64,000 bases of DNA from an uncultured bacterium. GTDB lineage: Bacteria; Methylomirabilota; Methylomirabilia; Methylomirabilales; CSP1-5. Position 1 is the stretch's first letter. Each line of letters begins with the position of its first letter. The position numbers were made by a program, and so were the translations under genes. This document shows, piece after piece, positions 19,662 through 25,297 of this stretch. A model generated the notes under the pieces. It was not told the origin of the DNA and made no database searches. It saw only the letters and a list, made by a program, of their open reading frames with translations. Location: the NCBI GenBank assembly GCA_964348275.1, contig CAYGBT010000007.1:3046-67045 (forward strand), written 5' to 3'.

Positions 19662-19706
19662 CCCTTCGACCCAGCGTGCCCCGAGCTTAGTCGAGGGGCT
19701 CAAGGC
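19662..19706 (-). promoter_or_regulatory. R3 element: conserved ~45 nt module abutting a -35-like hexamer
   Basis: CCCTTCGAC..GCCCCGAGCTTAGTCGAGGGGCTCA; TTGACG (minus strand) lies 3 nt away. Confidence 0.45.
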
Positions 19707-19765
19707 AGGCTGAGAGTCCAAAGACGGTTCAAGGTTCACGGTCGAGACATGCAAAATTTTCTCTC

Positions 19766-19793
19766 TTGACACGTCAGGGCACAGAAATATATT
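19766..19793 (+). promoter_or_regulatory. Promoter of sRNA copy 2
   Basis: TTGACA, 16 nt, TATATT. Confidence 0.6.
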
Positions 19794-19800
19794 CAAGGTA

Positions 19801-19963
19801 AGCCCCAAGAGGTTCGATCTGATCTCCACAACCGGGTCTTACGGCCTGGCGGGATCGGCGGAACCTGATGCTCCCTCCCAATCATTGATAATCAGGGGGG
19901 GAAAGAACAGGGACCGACCGCCTGAGGTGAAAGATCAGAACGGGTCACTTGGGGCCCTTTTTT
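19801..19963 (+). ncRNA. Structured sRNA of unknown family, copy 2 (short form)
   Basis: Nearly identical to copy 1 across the transcribed part; ends CTTGGGGCCC followed by T6. Confidence 0.6.
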
Positions 19964-20046
19964 GGTTCATGGTTCATAGTTCATGGTTCATAGCCGACAG
20001 TTCATGGTGGATGGTTCATGGTGGAGCTTGGAGTATAAGCCTATGG
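19964..20046 (+). repeat. Z module: GGTTCAT heptamer array plus unique tail
   Basis: An inverted copy lies at 36231-36312. A partner array CTGAACCATGAGCCGTGAACCATGAACC at 20050-20078 can pair with it. Confidence 0.6.
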
Positions 20047-20120
20047 ACCCTGAACCATGAGCCGTGAACCATGAACCAAGACGGTCATCGGTCGCCGCCT
20101 GAGCGGCTGGGTCTGTGAAC

Positions 20121-20756
20121 TCACTGTTGACTGCCCACTCGACGGGCAAGAACTCCCATCCAGGTGTAGCTCCCTGACGGCGGTACTTCAAAAAAAGTCA
20201 AATCTTCACTTAACCAATAGTGCGCCGTGAGGCCAAGTCGAGCGATTTCCTCCTCCACAAGGGGTTTGTCCACATCCTGAAATCCAGACAGCACTAGTGA
20301 GGTCTCGTCTCCACTCAACCGAACGAGGTCAGCCATTTTGTCGTTCAGTATGGGCATAGGTAAATTCGCCAGCACCAAGTCAAAAGGGCCAGCCACCGCC
20401 TCTACTGACCCTCGAATGAGCAGCAACCGGTCCTTCAAGTGGTTAAGCTCAGCATTCGCCCGGCTGGAGACGCAAGCCTGGGGACTGATATCGATAGCCA
20501 CGGCACGGTCCACCCCAAGTTTCAATCCTGCGAGCGCCAGGACCCCACTACCGCAGCCCACGTCCACCAGGGTTCGACACCGTCGTCGTTTGAGGTCTTG
20601 GAGCATGAGGCGGAGGCACAACTTCGTGGTGGGATGGCTGGGCGGGAAGGTTCTGCTGGTTTTCAGAAGAATCCCGACCGGGGCCCTAGAAACCAGAAAG
20701 CGCCACCAGGGAGAACCTACAGCGAAAGAGCCATCGATGCGGTAGCAAGTAAGCAC
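20121..20756 (-). CDS. PrmA-like class I SAM-dependent methyltransferase
   Basis: HPTT motif and VDVGCGSGVLALAG SAM-binding motif. Confidence 0.75.
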   Translation of the reverse strand: MLTCYRIDGSFAVGSPWWRFLVSRAPVGILLKTSRTFPPSHPTTKLCLRLMLQDLKRRRCRTLVDVGCGSGVLALAGLKLGVDRAVAIDISPQACVSSRANAELNHLKDRLLLIRGSVEAVAGPFDLVLANLPMPILNDKMADLVRLSGDETSLVLSGFQDVDKPLVEEEIARLGLTAHYWLSEDLTFFEVPPSGSYTWMGVLARRVGSQQ

Positions 20757-20849
20757 GACGTGACGTCATCGCGCACGGAAGGCATCGCGCGAGAAAAAAA
20801 GGGACCAGAATCTTGCCAATACCTTAGGGACTCGTGGCCTCCGTGTCAA

Positions 20850-20894
20850 CCCTTCGACGGAGCCTGCGCCGAGCTTAGTCGAGGAGCTCAGGGC
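20850..20894 (-). promoter_or_regulatory. R3 element abutting a -35-like hexamer
   Basis: CCCTTCGACGGAGCCTGCGCCGAGCTTAGTCGAGGAGCTCAGGGC; TTGACA (minus strand) is directly adjacent, then 17 nt, then TAAGGT. Confidence 0.45.
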
Positions 20895-20901
20895 TTGAAG
20901 C

Positions 20902-20937
20902 AAAAGCACCGGGGGGCTTTTTAGCCCGCCCGGTGCT
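20902..20937 (-). terminator. Terminator hairpin downstream of the RRM gene
   Basis: AGCACCGGGGGG..CCCGCCCGGTGCT with a T4 run on the minus strand. The same stem recurs at 24517-24555. Confidence 0.5.
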
Positions 20938-21003
20938 CCATTTGCTGCCGGACTCTCTCCTTTTAGCGCTTCGCCCGCCGGTCGGCCCGGGTTCACTCGG
21001 CCA

Positions 21004-21321
21004 TCAGTACCTATCCCGGCGGCCGCCGCGGCGGCCGAAGCCGCCACGGTCAGATCCGCGTCCCCGGGGCTGCTGCTCGCGGGCCATGTTGACCGTGAGG
21101 GTGCGCCCACCGACCTCGAAACCGTTCAGAGCATTGATCGCCGCCTGCGCCTCTTCTTGGCTGGCCATGTTCACAAAGGCGAAGCCGCGGGGGCGGCCGG
21201 TATCTCGATCGGTGACGATCTTGATTTCAAGCACCTCGCGGCCACCTTCCTCAAAGAGCGTGCGGAGTTGGTGCTCATCCACGCTGAAGGGGAGATTGCC
21301 CACGTACACTTTTGATCTCAT
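21004..21321 (-). CDS. RRM-type RNA-binding protein with a Gly/Arg-rich tail
   Basis: RNP motifs KVYVGNLPF and RGFAFVNM. Confidence 0.9.
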   Translation of the reverse strand: MRSKVYVGNLPFSVDEHQLRTLFEEGGREVLEIKIVTDRDTGRPRGFAFVNMASQEEAQAAINALNGFEVGGRTLTVNMAREQQPRGRGSDRGGFGRRGGRRDRY

Positions 21322-21380
21322 GCCTCTTTCTCCTTTTCCCGATACCGATCCTCGGTGCTGCTCTTGGCCGGACCGCGCTC

Positions 21381-21671
21381 TTACGGTCGGTCATCGTTAC
21401 GCTTGAGGGCACGGTTCTGTTGTTTACGACGCCGGCGAGCAGCCTCGCGAATCTTACGGCGCTTCCGCTCTCCTGGCTTCTCATAGCTCTTTTTCCGTTT
21501 TACATCCCGGAGGATCCCGTCACGTAGCACGAGGCGCTTGAAGGCGCGGAGCGCCGATTCGACCCCGCGTTCGTCCACGATGACCTCGAGGGGACGGCGA
21601 TGCCTGGGGTGCGCACGCGCCTCTCTCTCCTGGTCATCACGCCGCCGATACTCTGCCATTCTCCCTCCCAT
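21381..21671 (-). CDS. rpsU: 30S ribosomal protein S21
   Basis: ALRAFKR..LRDVKRKKSYEKPGERKRRK. The N-terminal extension makes the start uncertain (21671 or 21659). Confidence 0.85.
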   Translation of the reverse strand: MGGRMAEYRRRDDQEREARAHPRHRRPLEVIVDERGVESALRAFKRLVLRDGILRDVKRKKSYEKPGERKRRKIREAARRRRKQQNRALKRNDDRP

Positions 21672-21712
21672 CGCCTTCCATAGTCACAGGCTCGATCGCC
21701 CATAATTGGCAC

Positions 21713-21743
21713 AAAAAAACCGCGGGACTTCAGTCCTCGCGGG
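21713..21743 (-). terminator. Intrinsic terminator inside the rpsU upstream region
   Basis: Minus strand reads CCGCGAGGA-CTGAAG-TCCCGCGG followed by T7, about 40 nt before the rpsU start. Confidence 0.5.
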
Positions 21744-21790
21744 CTCGTTAACGTAAAAAACCGGATCCGTGAGAATCTACAGTCAAATCT

Positions 21791-21819
21791 ACAATAGATC
21801 TTTCTTCGGGTACTGTCAA
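21791..21819 (-). promoter_or_regulatory. Putative promoter upstream of the rpsU leader
   Basis: Minus strand reads TTGACA, 17 nt, TATTGT. Confidence 0.5.
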
Positions 21820-21984
21820 TTCCTTCTTTTTTCGCACGGGCGAGGCAGCCAAGACTAAGTTGCTGAAGAGCATATAGAGGTTTCACCCGAAGCTCGACGG
21901 GCGCAGAAGTGCAAAAGGGCTGAAATCTCTTGTTGACTAAGTCCTGCCTCGCCCCGGATCGGCGCAACCCGCGGACAGGGGAGG

Positions 21985-22506
21985 TCAGTAGCACTGCCGC
22001 TGCCAGGTGCCCGGCACCAGGACCTGATAATACGTGGTAAAGCCGTCCTGCTCTCGCGCCTGGACCTCCCACCGCTCCGCGACCCAGACATTGCGGCAGA
22101 CCGGCGCGACGACCGGGGGAGCGTAGACCACGCGGGGAGTGGTGAGGGCGTCGAGGACCAGGAACGTGGCCGCCCCGGCCACGAATCCCCCGAAGAAATG
22201 GCCGTGCCCATTGTGGTGGCGGTGGTGCCTGACGTATGTGCGGTGGCCGTGGTGCCTGACGTGTGTGCGGTGGCCGTAGTGCCTGATGTGTCTCTGCGGG
22301 CGGTGTCGCCTGACGTGTCTCTGCGGGCGGTCTTGCCTGACGTGTCTCTCTGGGCGGCGGGCCCGGACGTGTCTCTCTGGGCGGTGTTGCCTGACGTGTC
22401 TCTGCTGGCGGTAGCGCCCGTGATGCCGGCTTCTCGCCTCGGCCGGCAGACTCATCCCGCCCAGCATGAGACTCCCGATGACGAGGCCCACTGCTACGCG
22501 TCTCAT
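21985..22506 (-). CDS. Secreted His/Arg-rich protein, paralog 2, with an expanded 9-aa tandem repeat
   Basis: The signal peptide and C-terminal domain are collinear with 17927-18367. Seven to eight copies of a ~27 nt repeat lie at about 22226-22415. Confidence 0.7.
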   Translation of the reverse strand: MRRVAVGLVIGSLMLGGMSLPAEARSRHHGRYRQQRHVRQHRPERHVRARRPERHVRQDRPQRHVRRHRPQRHIRHYGHRTHVRHHGHRTYVRHHRHHNGHGHFFGGFVAGAATFLVLDALTTPRVVYAPPVVAPVCRNVWVAERWEVQAREQDGFTTYYQVLVPGTWQRQCY

Positions 22507-22599
22507 GATCCTCCTCTTTCGCTCATCCGGCGCCCGAGGGGGGGCCGGCGCAGGCCGGGGGTACATACCGCTCTACTTGCTTGGACGACGCCTCGTCGC

Positions 22600-22629
22600 A
22601 TTTTATTTCATCTTCTTATCCCTACGCAA
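22600..22629 (-). promoter_or_regulatory. Putative promoter of His-rich paralog 2
   Basis: Minus strand reads TTGCGT, 18 nt, TAAAAT. The ATGAAATAAAAT context is shared with paralog 1. Confidence 0.45.
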
Positions 22630-22630
22630 G

Positions 22631-22675
22631 CCCTTCGACGGAGCCTGCCCCGAGCTTAGTCGAGGGGCTCAGGGC
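22631..22675 (-). promoter_or_regulatory. R3 element abutting the -35 of paralog 2
   Basis: CCCTTCGACGGAGCCTGCCCCGAGCTTAGTCGAGGGGCTCAGGGC. Confidence 0.45.
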
Positions 22676-22777
22676 AAGGGGGGAGTCGATAGATTGTTGA
22701 GAGTCAAGGGTTGAAAGCTGAAAGCCACTACATAGCGGTGAGGGGAGAGTTGAGGGCAGTGTGCAAAATTTTCGCAC

Positions 22778-22805
22778 TTGACAGGTCAGGGCGCATAAAT
22801 ATATA
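22778..22805 (+). promoter_or_regulatory. Promoter of sRNA copy 3
   Basis: TTGACA, 16 nt, TATATA, preceded by GTGCAAAATTTTCGCAC. Confidence 0.6.
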
Positions 22806-22812
22806 TAAGGTA

Positions 22813-22993
22813 AGCCCCGAGAGGTTCGATCTGGTCCCCATAACCGGGTCTCGTGATCCGGCGGGAACGGCGCTTCCTGGAACTCGGGAAACCGAGATCT
22901 CACCTGCGGTCCTGGAGGAGCGGAGGGGAGACAAAACAGGAACCGGCCGCCAGAAGGGAGAGATCAGAAGGAATCACTTGGGGCTCAGTTTTT
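22813..22993 (+). ncRNA. Structured sRNA of unknown family, copy 3 (long form)
   Basis: Same closing helix and CCGGGTC-TCGT-GATCCGG hairpin, plus an inserted CTCGG-GAAA-CCGAG hairpin. It ends in T5. Confidence 0.6.
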
Positions 22994-23043
22994 GTTGAGA
23001 GTCTGGAGTCGAGAGATAACCGTTCGGAGTTCGGGCTTACGAG

Positions 23044-23100
23044 CAATTCGAAATCCGAAATTCGAAATCGGAAATCGGAAATCGGTCGTCGGTCGTCGGT
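23044..23100. repeat. Degenerate heptamer tandem array (TCGAAAT/CGGAAAT/CGGTCGT)
   Basis: Eight consecutive 7-nt units can be read directly. Confidence 0.7.
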
Positions 23101-23132
23101 TACCGCCAGGCGGGTTCACACTTCACGACTTA

Positions 23133-23719
23133 GAGTCCGAAGTCCAACGACAGAAGAGCAAGGGCTCGGTGGGACCTTCCTCGGCGGCGCCATTATTCTC
23201 CGATGACTTGATACGTAGAGGCCACGTTACGCACGTGTAGGCGTTGTCATTCGCCAGTGCGGGCCCCCCCACCCGCGCTGCGCTTCGGCGGCGGGACCCC
23301 GGCCGCACGCAAGCCAGATGTCGCCTGCCTCGGAAGGAACCCCCTCCTCGCCCTTCGTAACTTCGGTTGTCGGCCACTTGGTCCCGCCTTCAGAGTCGAG
23401 GGTTCAGCGTTACGAGCAATTCGAAATCCGAAATTCGATATCGGAAATCAGTGGTCGGCCATCGCTATTGCCCCCTTCGCGGCGGCGAGGGGAAGGCCGA
23501 CCTCGGAGGAAGGCGAAACTCGCGCCTCCGTAGAAAAGTCTTGGATCACAAGACACTCACGAACAACATCCGAGGTGCCAGGCGCCACCAACCTTCTCGG
23601 TCACAACACCGGCTTCCGTCCCGGTGCGCCAGGCCCAGGTGAGACCAACGCGCTTGAGCTGTTTCGCCGACGATGAGGAGGGCTTTCCCGAGTTGCCTCC
23701 ACCTACGTCGGACTTCGGC
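23133..23719 (+). repeat. B element copy 1 (~590 bp non-coding repeat, modules X-rev, spacer, Y)
   Basis: Collinear with the reverse complement of 36361-36960. The ends CCGAAGTCCAACG and CGTCGGACTTCGG are inverted. Confidence 0.6.
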
Positions 23720-23826
23720 GAGCGGTTCGGCCGATCTCACCGTCGAGGCCTCAGTCGAGCCGTCACCGGACATCGCTTACCTGGTTTAGGGCTCACAGAC
23801 GGTTCAGGGTTCAGAGTTTAATGATA

Positions 23827-23928
23827 GGGTCTTGGGTGTTAGGTCTTAGGTTCTGGGTGTTGAACCTGACATCTGAATGCCGAGATCTCCAAAACCCAAC
23901 ACCTAACACCCAAGACCTAATACCTAAC
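23827..23928. repeat. Inverted pair of GGTSTTR heptamer arrays forming a long hairpin
   Basis: 23828-23844 is the perfect complement of 23901-23917 (17 bp), with imperfect extension on both sides. Confidence 0.7.
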
Positions 23929-24026
23929 AGTGGTCGGAAAATGCCTACCTGGCTCAGGGTTCAGTGTAGAAAGCTAAGAGCGGAGAGTGGAGGGCTCAGA
24001 GCCCAGTGTCAAGTGGCTCGGAGGGC

Positions 24027-24239
24027 CTAGAATTCGTCTGGGCTTAGACCTGCCTGTCGAATAATGCTGCGGAGGGCGCCAACGGCTATCTCGCGATGAC
24101 GGGGGACGATGACTGTCCGGATGCCTTCACGCGTTTCCTTGCTGAACCTTACATCGCTGCCTTTCTGGCCCACTTCAACAAAACCCGCTGCTTGCAACCT
24201 GCGCTTGACCTCACGGTAAGGGAGCGGGCTAAGCGGCAC
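24027..24239 (-). CDS. hicA: HicA family mRNA-interferase toxin
   Basis: 70 aa with ..L..AGF......GS...F........TVIVPRH.EI..G.LRSIIRQAGLS. Confidence 0.85.
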   Translation of the reverse strand: MPLSPLPYREVKRRLQAAGFVEVGQKGSDVRFSKETREGIRTVIVPRHREIAVGALRSIIRQAGLSPDEF

Positions 24240-24434
24240 TAATTTCCACCTCTACGTGCCGTACCTGGCGAGTCTCGGTCGCCTGGGGCTCTTCGAAGTA
24301 CAGTTCCAGTGCCTCACCGAGGTTCGCCAACGCCTCCTCTTCGTCTCCCCTTGACTAGCGACATCTACTTCAAGGCACTGTGCTACATACCAGTCGCCTT
24401 CTCTCGACACGCTTGCGGTGAAAGTCCGCTTCAT
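24229..24434 (-). pseudogene. hicB: HicB antitoxin with an apparent 1-nt deletion frameshift near 24340
   Basis: The frame reads MKRTFTASVSREGDWYVAQCLEVDVASQGET. After a shift it gives EEALANLGEALELYFEEPQ..VEVEISAA and a stop overlapping the hicA start. Confidence 0.6.
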
Positions 24435-24516
24435 CTATTTTTCCTCCCATCCGTGGTCGGGCAACTAGCAGCAAAACACCTAGGAGCATTATACGCGTTG
24501 GGTATTGATCAGGAAA

Positions 24517-24555
24517 AGGGAAAAGCACCGGGGGGCCGAGTGCCCCGCCCGGTGC
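24517..24555 (-). terminator. Terminator hairpin downstream of the His-rich gene
   Basis: GCACCGGGGGG..CCCCGCCCGGTGC with T-runs on both strands. Confidence 0.5.
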
Positions 24556-24585
24556 TTTATTGGTATAGGGACATTGGGGTCGGTC

Positions 24586-24999
24586 TCAACGTCGGATGAT
24601 GATGACCTTTGGCCCGTGACGGAATTCACGGTGGCCAAAGCGATGGCCGTGACCAAAACCATGGAGGAAAAACCGATGGCGCGGGAAGAAACGGTGGCGA
24701 TGGAGACCGTGCCGGAAATGGCCATGCCGGTGGCGGAAGACGAGCGGCCGGTGGGGGAGGTGAAGGTCATGGGTGGGACGGAACACTCCCCGGTGCCGAT
24801 GCAAAAACGGCCGATGAAGATCTACGCCATGACGGTGGCCGAAGGGTTTATGGTGCCGATGGATCCCGAACCTGCCGTGGCCTGAACGGATAACAAAGAA
24901 ACTTCCCCCTGCGTCCGCCGAAGCTGGCAGGGTCAAGAGCAGCACGGGTGCCAGAAAGCCCCCGACGACCATCCACCTCAGAAAGCCTCTCGTCCTCAT
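24586..24999 (-). CDS. Secreted His/Arg/Phe-rich protein
   Basis: Signal peptide followed by many HRH/GHG repeats; ATG at 24999 follows GGAGGA. Confidence 0.65.
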   Translation of the reverse strand: MRTRGFLRWMVVGGFLAPVLLLTLPASADAGGSFFVIRSGHGRFGIHRHHKPFGHRHGVDLHRPFLHRHRGVFRPTHDLHLPHRPLVFRHRHGHFRHGLHRHRFFPRHRFFLHGFGHGHRFGHREFRHGPKVIIIRR

Positions 25000-25297
25000 C
25001 ACATCCTCCAATCTTTAAACGACGGAACGTTGCGATAGGTTCCGCCAGATATCTGTAGGTCTCGCCCTCTCATAGACATAGACGACCCCGACAGGCCGAT
25101 TATTTCACCCGAACCCTCCTCGCAGGGGAGTCTCAATATAACACGCCCCTCTTCGCCAGGCCACTGGACGTCATTATACCCGCCCTCTGAAGGGGCATCC
25201 GGCCCCCTTTGGCACCCATTTTGCTCGATATTTACGACGTCCTCGGGAAGGCCTCAAAAACTGAAGTCTTTCCCGCGGTCAGGAAACGGGGGTACGC

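Noticed and set aside
23044-23100. Possible CRISPR array at the short tandem repeats
   Set aside because: The units are 7 nt and contiguous with no spacers, and no cas genes are present.
23257-23676. ORFs of 70-170 aa inside the 600 bp B elements (also 23318-23533, 36358-36864, 36564-36779, 43825-44595)
   Set aside because: All three frames are open in the same region. Differences between copies are not concentrated at third codon positions. There is no RBS, and the peptides are Arg/Pro/Gly-rich.
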